DNA of 63,780 nt, filler included, from Caldilineae bacterium (lineage in GTDB: Bacteria > Chloroflexota > Anaerolineae > DTLA01): the NCBI GenBank assembly GCA_037446815.1. It is 7 parts of 7 records of this genome, joined end to end, with 100 filler letters (N's around TTAATTAATTAA, not from the genome) between each part and the next. Parts side by side here need not be neighbours in the genome. Positions count along the whole stretch, not along the records: positions 37,301 to 46,390 come from JBBIHX010000120.1; positions 46,491 to 55,563 come from JBBIHX010000121.1; 5 more parts are not named here. One strand, 5' to 3'. Every line of letters begins with the position of its first letter. Within the stretch, counting starts at the first letter, position 1. The position numbers and the translations under genes are program-made. Below, one piece after another: positions 38,650 to 47,136 of this stretch. The notes beneath the pieces were generated by a model. The model saw nothing but the letters and a program-made list of their open reading frames with translations. It made no database searches and was not told the DNA's origin.

Positions 38650-41529
38650 ATGCAAAACGGCAACTCCATCTGGAAGTGGCTCTCGGGCCAGCGGGCGGAG
38701 CAGATCGTAACCTTTGCGATCATTCCCCTGCTGCTGGTCGCGAGCCTGCTACTGCCACCCTTCCGAGTTGTAACGCGCATCTCCGACATCGGCTGGACGG
38801 CCATCAAGTACGATGGCGCGACCCTGGAGGACCCGGACGGGACGGTGGTGAACATTCCCGCGGGGCTTCCGGGCAAGACGCTGAAAGCGCGCTTCTCGTC
38901 GGTGCCGCGCGAGCGATTCCTCGCCGGCGAGGCGGGCGAGGAATTGGCCAAGGCGGCCAGCGCCATCCCGCAGACGATCCTGCCGCGCAGCCCGCTGTAC
39001 CAACTGCGCTTCAAGCAGGCCGCGTCGGTGCCCGTAACGCTGACCATCCCCATCCCCAACGACTCCGAGCCGGTGCAGGCGCTGGACCTATACGCATGGA
39101 CCGGCACGGCATGGCGGTGGCTGCCGTCCACCGTCCACCCGGATGAGGACATCATCACGGCGGAACTGCCCGAAGCGCCTGCCGCGTTCCTGGTCGCATT
39201 GGCCCAGCCCGCGGCGAAGATGAGTTCGTCGTCGGGAGTGAGCGGCAGCAGCGCAGCGGTGGGCGTGGCCGGGACACCGCAGGCCAACGCGCTCGTGCCC
39301 GCGCCGGATGGCTCGGTGCAGGCGGCGTTCCGCGTCGGCGCGTCGGAAATCTCCGCGTCTCTGTGGGCCGCTATGCCCCTGCTCACCAACGTGGACGAGA
39401 ACGGGCAGGCCGACTTCCCGACACTGGACGCCATTTTGGGCGACGAAACCCGCATGGCGAATCACATCGCAGCCATCGTGAAGTGGGTTGCCGATGGCAA
39501 GCACGCGGGCATCACCCTGGACTATCGGGGATTTGACGCGGGGCTGAGCGCCCGCTTCAGCGACTTTGTGGGCGACCTGGCCGACGCGCTCCACCAGGCC
39601 GGCGCGCTGCTGGCCGTGCGCGTGCCCGCGCCGGTGGCGGCCGATGGCGGCTGGGATACGGGCCCCTACGACTGGGCGGCGCTGGGCCAGCGGGCCGATG
39701 TGGTGCGGTTTGCCGCGCCGACCGATCCCAAGGAGTGCGTGGCCGGCGGCGCGCTGGAACGCATCCTCGCCTGGGCGGTGGGCCAGGTGCCGCGCCAGAA
39801 ACTGGCCGTGGAGTTCTGCGCCATGAGCGTGGACGTTTCCGGCTCCCAATCGCGGCACCTGCCCATGGCCGAGGCGTTGCTGCCCCTCAGCCGCCTGGCG
39901 GTGGAGGGCGGCTCGGTTGAGGTGCTGCCCGGCCAGGAGGTCAAACTGAATGCCGGACTCGGCTCCAACGCGAACCTGACGTTGGACCCCGCGACGGATG
40001 CCTATGTTTACGAGTATGCCGACGCTCAGGGCGGCAAGCATACCGTGTGGATTGACGACGGGGCCGCGCTGGCCCGCAAACTCCAGACGCTGGCGCCGTA
40101 CCGCATCGGAGGCGTGTTCCTGACCGACCTCACGGGCGATCCGGCGGAGGCGCGGATGGCGAGTGTCCTGGAGCAGTACCGCGCGGACCAGGTGGCCAGC
40201 GTCAAGCCCAGCGAGATCACGCTGGTGTACACGGTGCAGGGCGATGGCGGCCCGTTGGCCCAGGCGACCCGCTCGCTGCAGGATGGCGCGTACACCTTCG
40301 CGGCCGATCAGCCGGGCGAGTACGTGGTGGCGGCGGGAATCTCGCTGGACGGCGGGCGGACGGTGAGCGGTCGCGGCGACCGCGTTGCCGTCAAGGTGGT
40401 AACGCCGACCCCGACGCCCACGCCGACGCCCACGCCGAAGCCGACGGCGACGCCCGCGCCCAAGGCCGCCGCGCCTGCCGCGCCCAAGGTTGGCGGCTTC
40501 TTCGGCTACGGCATCCAGGCGCACTTCATCAGCCAGGGCGACCACGACCGCATCATCGGCGCCATCAAGGGCCTGGGCTTCTCCTGGGTAAAGCAGCAGG
40601 TGCGTTGGGCGGACATGGAGAAGACCAAAGGCCAGATTGACTGGGGCGAACTGGACCGCATGGTTAGCAACTGCTCGGCCAACGGCCTGAAGATTCTGCT
40701 GAGCGTGGTTACGGCCCCCGACTGGGCGCGCCCCGGCGATACCGATTTCAGCGTCGCTGGCCCGCCGGCCAACCCGGATGATTACGCCAATTTCATCGGC
40801 CAGGTGGCAGCGCGATACAAGGGCAAGGTGCAGGCCTACGAAATCTGGAACGAGCAGAACCTGTACTATGAATGGGGCGGCCGCGGCAAGAAACTGAGCG
40901 CGGCGGCCTACGTGGAGTTGCTCAAGCGGGCCTATCGCGCGGTCAAGGCCGTGGACCCGAACGCCATCGTCGTCAGTGGCGCGCTCACGCCCACCGGCTG
41001 GAACGACTACGATACCGCCGTGGACGACGCCATCTACCTGGAGGAGATGTACCAGGCGGGGCTGAAGAACTACTGCGATGCCATCGGCGCGCACCCCAGC
41101 GGGTACAACAACCCGCCCGATGCCACGGTGGGCTACAACGACCCCAACGAGAGCGGGTGCAAGGGCCACCGTTCCTGGTTCTTCCGCGCCACCATGGAGC
41201 AGTACCGCAACGTGATGATCAAGTACGGCGATGCGGGCAAGCGCATCTGGGTTACCGAGTTCGGCTGGGCGAGCACCGAGAACCTGGGCGCCGGCCCCGC
41301 GCCGGGCTACGAGTACGCCGCCAACAACACCGAGGCCGAGCAGGCGCAGTATATCCGCCGCGCCTATGAGATGGGCAAGAACTGGGGATTCGTCGGCGTG
41401 ATGTTCCTGTGGAACCTGAACTTCGCGCCGGTGGCCGGCCCGGCCGACGAGAAGGCGGCCTTCGGCATCGTGCGGGCCGATTGGAGCCTGCGACCTGCCT
41501 ACGCGGCTCTGGCCAGCATGCCCAAGTAG
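38650..41529 (+). CDS. Membrane-anchored multidomain protein: GH18-like domain (non-canonical), Pro/Thr linker and GH-A hydrolase domain
   Basis: GITLDYRG, PYDWAALG and QKLAV resemble GH18; C-terminal WVKQQVRW, EIWNEQN, WVTEFGW, FLWNL. Confidence 0.8.
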   Translation: MQNGNSIWKWLSGQRAEQIVTFAIIPLLLVASLLLPPFRVVTRISDIGWTAIKYDGATLEDPDGTVVNIPAGLPGKTLKARFSSVPRERFLAGEAGEELAKAASAIPQTILPRSPLYQLRFKQAASVPVTLTIPIPNDSEPVQALDLYAWTGTAWRWLPSTVHPDEDIITAELPEAPAAFLVALAQPAAKMSSSSGVSGSSAAVGVAGTPQANALVPAPDGSVQAAFRVGASEISASLWAAMPLLTNVDENGQADFPTLDAILGDETRMANHIAAIVKWVADGKHAGITLDYRGFDAGLSARFSDFVGDLADALHQAGALLAVRVPAPVAADGGWDTGPYDWAALGQRADVVRFAAPTDPKECVAGGALERILAWAVGQVPRQKLAVEFCAMSVDVSGSQSRHLPMAEALLPLSRLAVEGGSVEVLPGQEVKLNAGLGSNANLTLDPATDAYVYEYADAQGGKHTVWIDDGAALARKLQTLAPYRIGGVFLTDLTGDPAEARMASVLEQYRADQVASVKPSEITLVYTVQGDGGPLAQATRSLQDGAYTFAADQPGEYVVAAGISLDGGRTVSGRGDRVAVKVVTPTPTPTPTPTPKPTATPAPKAAAPAAPKVGGFFGYGIQAHFISQGDHDRIIGAIKGLGFSWVKQQVRWADMEKTKGQIDWGELDRMVSNCSANGLKILLSVVTAPDWARPGDTDFSVAGPPANPDDYANFIGQVAARYKGKVQAYEIWNEQNLYYEWGGRGKKLSAAAYVELLKRAYRAVKAVDPNAIVVSGALTPTGWNDYDTAVDDAIYLEEMYQAGLKNYCDAIGAHPSGYNNPPDATVGYNDPNESGCKGHRSWFFRATMEQYRNVMIKYGDAGKRIWVTEFGWASTENLGAGPAPGYEYAANNTEAEQAQYIRRAYEMGKNWGFVGVMFLWNLNFAPVAGPADEKAAFGIVRADWSLRPAYAALASMPK

Positions 41530-41592
41530 GAGACAAACCGGGCGCCGACATGTACGGAGCACGGGCCGGCTTCTGACCCGTGCTCCGATTTT

Positions 41593-41664
41593 CACCGCGG
41601 GGCAGGTCGTAGGGGCAGGCCGTAGGGGCAGGTCTGAGACCTGCCCCACCGACCTGCCCCACCG
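41593..41664. repeat. Cluster of GTAG-type REP units
   Basis: GGGGCAGGTC GTAGGGGCAGGCC GTAGGGGCAGGTCTGAGACCTGCCCCACC GACCTGCCCCACC. Confidence 0.75.
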
Positions 41665-41691
41665 GATTTCACGACAGGAGCACAACGCTAC

Positions 41692-43098
41692 ATGCGAAGA
41701 CAACGCTGGCAACCGATTGACGGGCTGGAACCCGAGCGCCCGCCCGAGGCAACATGGCTCAAGGTGGCGACCATCGCCGTCGTGTTCCTCCTTGTGCTGG
41801 CGGTGCTGTTTGCCGTCTGGGCGGTGTTCATCTACCAGCCCGCAGCCAGCGTCGCGCCGACGCCGACGAAGACGCCACGCCCCCCGGCAACGGCGACCCT
41901 TGCGCCCGCGACGGCCACGCCCCTCCCGCCGACGGCCACGCAGGCCCTCCCGACCGACACGGCGGCGCCAACGGCCACCGTCGCCCCGACGGATACACCC
42001 GCGCCGACGGCCACCGCGCCCGCGCCGACCCCCACGCCGAAGCCCACGAAGGCGGCTGCCCCGCGCATGAAGTCGCCCGACTACGGCATGCAAATCTTCG
42101 GCTGGTGGCGGCCCGAAGTCGCCGACCGCGACATGGGCTACGTGCGCGACGCGGGCTTCACCTGGATCAAGCAGATTTTCGCCTGGTACGATATTGAGGG
42201 CGCAGGCAAGGGACAGTACGACTGGTCGCGGAGCGACCGAATCGTGGCCCAATCGGAGCAGTACGGGCTGAAGTTGCTGGTGCGCGTGGACACGGCCCCC
42301 GACTGGGCCAAGGGCGGACTCGGCCCCATGCGCGATTTCAACGACTTTGGCGACTTTTTGTACGCCATGGCGAGTCGCTACAAGGGCCTGGTGGACGCGT
42401 ATCAAATCTGGAACGAGCCGAACCTGTCCCGCGAATGGGGCGACCAGCCGCCCGACCCCGCCGCCTACGCGCGAATGCTGAAGGTAGCGTACACGCGCAT
42501 CAAGCAGGCCGACCCCAATGCCCTTGTGGTCTCGGCGGGGCTGGCCCCCACCACGCGGGACGATGCCGTGGCCATGCCCGACGAGAAGTTCGTGCGCGGG
42601 ATGTATGCCGCCGGCGCCAGGCCCTACTTTGACTTCCTGGGCGTCCACGGCGCGGGGTACAAGGCCCCCCCAGAGGCCGACCCGGGCGACGTGGCCCGCG
42701 ACCCGGTGCTCACCAACAACGACCCCTCGCCCGAGAGCATGAAGCGCATCTACTGCTTCCGCCATGTGGAAGACCTGCGCAAGATCATGGTGGAGGCCGG
42801 CGACGCCGACAAGCAGGTGGTGGTGTTGGAGTTCGGCTGGACGACGGACGCCCGCCCCGATTCGCCGTATCGCTGGCACGCGGTGTCGGAGGAGGAGCAG
42901 GCCGACTATCTGGTGCGGGCCTATCGGTGGGCCAAGGAACACTGGCAGCCGTGGATCGGCCTGATGAGCCTCATCTACATCGCCAATCCCGACTGGACGG
43001 AGAACGACGAGCAGTATTGGTGGGCCATCACGTATCCATCGTGGCCCGTGCCGAAGGTGCGCCCGGCCTACGAGCGGCTGAAGGCGATGCCCAAGTAG
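41692..43098 (+). CDS. Membrane-anchored GH-A clan glycoside hydrolase with Pro/Thr/Ala linker
   Basis: TM, long PTATP linker, WIKQIFAW, QIWNEPN, LEFGW. Confidence 0.88.
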   Translation: MRRQRWQPIDGLEPERPPEATWLKVATIAVVFLLVLAVLFAVWAVFIYQPAASVAPTPTKTPRPPATATLAPATATPLPPTATQALPTDTAAPTATVAPTDTPAPTATAPAPTPTPKPTKAAAPRMKSPDYGMQIFGWWRPEVADRDMGYVRDAGFTWIKQIFAWYDIEGAGKGQYDWSRSDRIVAQSEQYGLKLLVRVDTAPDWAKGGLGPMRDFNDFGDFLYAMASRYKGLVDAYQIWNEPNLSREWGDQPPDPAAYARMLKVAYTRIKQADPNALVVSAGLAPTTRDDAVAMPDEKFVRGMYAAGARPYFDFLGVHGAGYKAPPEADPGDVARDPVLTNNDPSPESMKRIYCFRHVEDLRKIMVEAGDADKQVVVLEFGWTTDARPDSPYRWHAVSEEEQADYLVRAYRWAKEHWQPWIGLMSLIYIANPDWTENDEQYWWAITYPSWPVPKVRPAYERLKAMPK

Positions 43099-43181
43099 GG
43101 CACATTGCCAATTTGCCCTACGACCGTAGCGCGAATTGGCGCGTGCGCCGCGCCAAACCATCAAGGAGATATTGAGCCAAG

Positions 43182-43838
43182 ATGCACGGAATAGAGCAGC
43201 AGATCGTCAATTTCTTGCAAAACTTGTTCAACGCCATCGGCTGGCCCGGCGTGGTGGCGGCGATGACCATTGAGAGCGCCTGCATCCCCTTGCCCAGCGA
43301 GGTTACCATGCCGCTGGCGGGCTGGATGCTGGTGCAGGCCAAGGGGCTTTCGGCGTGGCACGTGCTGTGGGCCGCGTTCTACGGCGGGCTGGGCTGCACC
43401 ATCGGCTCCATCATCACCTACTGGATTGGCGCGTTGGGCGGGCGGCCCCTGCTGGAGAAGTACGGCAAGTACGTCCTCATCTCGCGCCACGACATGGACG
43501 TGGCCGACAAGTGGTTCGCCAAGTACGGCGAGGCGACGGCGTTCTTCTCGCGGCTGCTGCCCGTGGTGCGCACGTTCATCTCGCTGCCGCTGGGCATGGC
43601 GCGGATGAACTTCGCCAAGTTCACCGTGCTGGCGTTTCTCGGGTCATTCCTCTGGTCCGGCGTGCTGGCGTATCTGGGCTATGTCTTCGGCGAGCATTGG
43701 GTGCAGGTGCGCGAGGCCATGCGCCCGTTTGACATCCCCATTCTGGTCGTGCTGGTGGGGCTGGTGGCCTGGTACGTGTACACGCACATCAAGCGGGCGA
43801 AGCGGCAGGCGAAGGCAGACGCCGAACCCGCAGCGTAG
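43182..43838 (+). CDS. DedA-family membrane protein
   Basis: IESACIPLPSE, FFSRLLPVVRTFISLPLG. Confidence 0.93.
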   Translation: MHGIEQQIVNFLQNLFNAIGWPGVVAAMTIESACIPLPSEVTMPLAGWMLVQAKGLSAWHVLWAAFYGGLGCTIGSIITYWIGALGGRPLLEKYGKYVLISRHDMDVADKWFAKYGEATAFFSRLLPVVRTFISLPLGMARMNFAKFTVLAFLGSFLWSGVLAYLGYVFGEHWVQVREAMRPFDIPILVVLVGLVAWYVYTHIKRAKRQAKADAEPAA

Positions 43839-43849
43839 GCGCAAGGGCC

Positions 43850-45001
43850 CTACCCGCCCAGCACGAGAAATCGGATGAGCCCCAGCGCCGCGCCGCCCCC
43901 AACGAGCCATACCGTTTCGGCCCGGCGCTGGAGGAGTAAGAACAGGCTCGCCGCGGCAATGAGCGCGGTGAAGGCGTCCCGAATGGCCGTCCGCGCCAGC
44001 CCGACGGCGATGGACAGAATCAGCGCGACGACGGCGGCGTTGACGCCTTTCAGAAACGCCTGTCCCAGAGGCCAAGCGCGCATCCTGGGCAGGTACTTCC
44101 CAAGAAGCGCGGTGATGAAGAACGACGGCAGGAACACCGCGATGGTCGCCACGACCGCGCCCTGCCAGCCGCTGACTAGGTAGCCGATGAAGGTGGCCGA
44201 GGACAGCACCGGCCCCGGCGTCATCTGCCCCACCGCAATGGCATCCACCAGTTGGCGCTGCGTCAGCCAGCCCAGGCGATTCACCACGTCCTGCTGGATG
44301 AACGCGAAGAGCACCATCCCGCTCCCGAAGATGAGCGCGCCGACCTTGAGGAAGAACAGCCCCAGGCGGATGAGCCGATCGTCCACGGGCAGGGCGGCCA
44401 TGGGCAGCGCCACCGGCAGCCCAGGCGCGACCCACGCTAGAAGCGCCACGCTCGCCCGCGGACGGCTGTACAGCGCGACGCCTGCAAGCCCGCCCGCCAG
44501 GATGATGAGCACCTGATCCACGCCCAGCAGCGCGGCGGCCAGGCACGCGGCGAACAGGGCCGCCAGTTTCCAGTCCTTGATGGCGGACCTGCCCAGGCGA
44601 TAGGTCGCCGCCACGATGATGGCGATGATGGCCGGGTTGATGCCGTAGAAGAGGGCCTCGGTTTGCGGCAGCGCGCCGTAGGCTACGTAGGCCCAGGCCA
44701 GCGCGCCGGAGATGAGCGCGGCCGGCAGGATGAACGCTGCCCCGCCCACCAGCAGGCCCGGCCATCCGGCCCGCAAGTACCCCACGTGGATAGCCATCTC
44801 CGTGGCGTTGGGGCCGGGGACCAGATTCGTGGCGGCGAGCATGTCCAGGAAGTACTCGCGCGTGAGCCACTTGCGCTTGTGGACCGTTTCGGTCTCCATG
44901 AGCGCGATGTGCGCCGCGGGCCCACCGAACGAAATCGCGCCCAACTTCAGGAACAGCGCCGCGACCTCCCACAGGCGACGCAGCGGTGTGCTTTCGCTCA
45001 T
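43850..45001 (-). CDS. chrA: Chromate efflux transporter (CHR family, long form)
   Basis: LGAISFGGPAAHIA, NLVPGPNATE, IFGSGMV, GQMTPGPV. Confidence 0.92.
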   Translation of the reverse strand: MSESTPLRRLWEVAALFLKLGAISFGGPAAHIALMETETVHKRKWLTREYFLDMLAATNLVPGPNATEMAIHVGYLRAGWPGLLVGGAAFILPAALISGALAWAYVAYGALPQTEALFYGINPAIIAIIVAATYRLGRSAIKDWKLAALFAACLAAALLGVDQVLIILAGGLAGVALYSRPRASVALLAWVAPGLPVALPMAALPVDDRLIRLGLFFLKVGALIFGSGMVLFAFIQQDVVNRLGWLTQRQLVDAIAVGQMTPGPVLSSATFIGYLVSGWQGAVVATIAVFLPSFFITALLGKYLPRMRAWPLGQAFLKGVNAAVVALILSIAVGLARTAIRDAFTALIAAASLFLLLQRRAETVWLVGGGAALGLIRFLVLGG

Positions 45002-45016
45002 GCGGATGTCGCGCGC

Positions 45017-45412
45017 CTAGTGCAGCAATTCGGTGTGGTCCACGATGGTGCCCTTGGCGTAGGCGAGAACGGCGTCGTCAATGCGGGCGATGTCGGTTAC
45101 CACCGGCTTGATGCCCAGCCGCCTCATGCTGTCGTAGGCGCCCCAGCCCATGCCTCGGCACAGAAGCGCCTCGCAGTCGGCGATGGCATGGGCCATGCGG
45201 ACGTGCTTGTCGTGGCTGGCGGCGTCGGTGCCGTGGCGCGCGCCATGCTCTTCGGTGTGGTGTTCGCCGACAAAGTGGTTGTGCCCCAGTTTGTCGCGCA
45301 GTTCGCGGCCCACAATCTGGCCGTTCTCCACGGTCAGGACGGCGTAGTAGGGCGCGCGCCCGAAATGCTGGCTGATGGTGATGCCGTCGTCGGTTACGCA
45401 TGCGATCTTCAT
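45017..45412 (-). CDS. NifB/NifX-family (FeMo-co-binding-like) protein
   Basis: MKIACVTDDG.TISQHFGRAPYY, His-rich loop, DCEALLCRGMG. Confidence 0.88.
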   Translation of the reverse strand: MKIACVTDDGITISQHFGRAPYYAVLTVENGQIVGRELRDKLGHNHFVGEHHTEEHGARHGTDAASHDKHVRMAHAIADCEALLCRGMGWGAYDSMRRLGIKPVVTDIARIDDAVLAYAKGTIVDHTELLH

Positions 45413-45542
45413 GGTCTGCTTTCTCCTTGCTGTTGGTGTTGTGTGGTACGTGTCGTTTCTTGCGGGCGACGCATAACCAAGGCGCGCCGCAGGTTGCCAG
45501 CGCAGCCGTGCGAGCGGCATCGCGCTCGCGCCGTGTTGGGTT

Positions 45543-45956
45543 CTAGTGCAGCCACTCGGTGTGGTCGGTGATGGTCCCCGCCGCGTAGGCTTGGGCCGCC
45601 TCCTGCACGTCCGCGATGTCCGTCAGGATGGGGCGGATGCCGTTGGCGGCCAGGCACTCCCTGGAGGCCCAACTCATCCCGCCCGCGAGCACAGCCTCGC
45701 AGTCGCGGATGGCGGTGGCGACCGCCTGGTGAGCGGCTGCGCCCGCAGCGCCCGCGCCGTGGCAATCGGGCACCGAGCCCGGGCTACCCCGTCGCAGTTC
45801 GTGGGCCTCCAGGTCCAGTTTGTCGCGGCCCGGGTTGGGGCGCATCTCCACACCGCGGACCTTGCCGCCGTCCAGGGTCAGCACCGCGAAGTGCGCCGCC
45901 CGCCCGAAGTGCTTGCTGATCGTCTTGCCGTCGTCCGTTACCACCGCGATTTTCAT
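45543..45956 (-). CDS. NifB/NifX-family protein (paralog)
   Basis: MKIAVVTDDG.TISKHFGRA, DCEAVLAGGM, same C-terminus GTI.DHTE.LH. Confidence 0.88.
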   Translation of the reverse strand: MKIAVVTDDGKTISKHFGRAAHFAVLTLDGGKVRGVEMRPNPGRDKLDLEAHELRRGSPGSVPDCHGAGAAGAAAHQAVATAIRDCEAVLAGGMSWASRECLAANGIRPILTDIADVQEAAQAYAAGTITDHTEWLH

Positions 45957-45961
45957 CTCCC

Positions 45962-46390
45962 TTACCTCCCTTGGCCTTTCGGCTCATCCCCAATGGGTGG
46001 GGGCTGTTCCGATTCGTGGAACTCGCCGCGCGCGTTCTCCATGTGGTGGTCGTAGGCATCCAGGAATCGGTGCAGGATGCGGTCGGTGGCGCGCAATTCC
46101 TCTACCCATGCCTTCAGGTGCTCGTCGCCCTCGTCGGTCAGTCGGTAGACGCGACGAGGGGGACCGCCGGTCTCCTCGGTGTCCCACTCCGAGGTGATCA
46201 TCCCCGCGCGCTCCAGGTCGCGCAGGATGCGGTAGACGACGCTCTGGTCCGCCGGATAGGCTTCCAGGCCGAGGCGCGTCAGCCCGTCCAGCAGGCCGTA
46301 GCCGTGGGTTGGCCGTTCGTGGAGCAGGAGCAGGACCGCCGGCTCCACGAATCGGCGGATGCGGCGCGGCCTTACGGCGTCGTCATCGCA
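45962..46390 (-). CDS. PadR-family transcriptional regulator, 5' truncated at contig end
   Basis: EPAVLLLL..PTHGYGL, VYRILRDLE..G, GPPRRVYRLT. Confidence 0.88.
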   Translation of the reverse strand, partial: CDDDAVRPRRIRRFVEPAVLLLLHERPTHGYGLLDGLTRLGLEAYPADQSVVYRILRDLERAGMITSEWDTEETGGPPRRVYRLTDEGDEHLKAWVEELRATDRILHRFLDAYDHHMENARGEFHESEQPPPIGDEPKGQGR

Positions 46391-46490
46391 NNNNNNNNNN
46401 NNNNNNNNNNNNNNNNNNNNNNNNNNNNNNNNNNTTAATTAATTAANNNNNNNNNNNNNNNNNNNNNNNNNNNNNNNNNNNNNNNNNNNN
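46391..46490. other. Artificial contig linker
   Basis: N-run with TTAATTAATTAA. Confidence 0.97.
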
Positions 46491-46500
46491 CACATGGGAT

Positions 46501-46530
46501 ATTGTACACGCACTTGTGCGGATATGTCAA
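46501..46530 (-). promoter_or_regulatory. sigma70 promoter pointing off the contig end
   Basis: TTGACA-N18-TACAAT on minus strand, 15 bp from the MITE end at 46546. Confidence 0.65.
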
Positions 46531-46545
46531 CCGTGCCGCCTGCAT

Positions 46546-46902
46546 CAGTCGGTTTCATCTTGTGTTGGTGAAACGCATGGACACTCTCTCGTGTGTCATT
46601 GCGAGCGAAGCGAAGCAATCGCACGCCTCGGAGATTGCTTCGGGCGCTCCGCACCCTCGCAATGACGGCCACCCGCAGACGCTGGAACCGAATGCGGGGC
46701 GCCATCGCGTAGGGGCGACCGATCGGTCGCCCCTACTCTCCCCAATCCCCGCAATCCGTGCCATCCGTGGATGCACCCCAACCCTGTTCGCGTGGATTCG
46801 CGTTATTGACGGTTGCACTCCTCCGAAGTTGCCTCGTGTCGTGCGGCATTGTGCGCGACGCGAATTCGCATAGACTTGACCAACACAGTTTGGAACCGAG
46901 TC
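46546..46902. mobile_element. Long-form MITE (357 bp) with near-perfect 8-bp target-site duplication
   Basis: CAGTCGGTTTCATCTTGTGTTGG...CCAACACAGTTTGGAACCGAGTC; GCCTGCAT (46538-46545) and GCTTGCAT (46903-46910). Confidence 0.85.
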
Positions 46903-46954
46903 GCTTGCATGATTGCATTGGGGTTCACTGGCGAGCACCGCCGAGCAGCGTCTA

Positions 46955-47038
46955 CCTCACCAATCCCCACCCCAACCCTCCCCTTTCCTCTCCGCCGGCG
47001 GAGAGGAAAGGGGAGGGCCTGGGAGGGGTTAGGTGAGG
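46955..47038. repeat. Long CCCTC/GAGGG-type palindrome downstream of the pseudokinase gene
   Basis: CCCTCCCCTTTCCTCTCCGCCGGCGGAGAGGAAAGGGGAGGG core with CCTCACC/GGTGAGG outer arms. Confidence 0.7.
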
Positions 47039-47136
47039 TCCGAATCCGCGCATTACAGCAGACTTGCCCCAGAACCCAAACGCGGCCGCCTCCCCACCAC
47101 CGCGCGGTCTGCCCGGCGCGGCGGCCCGCAGCCGCC

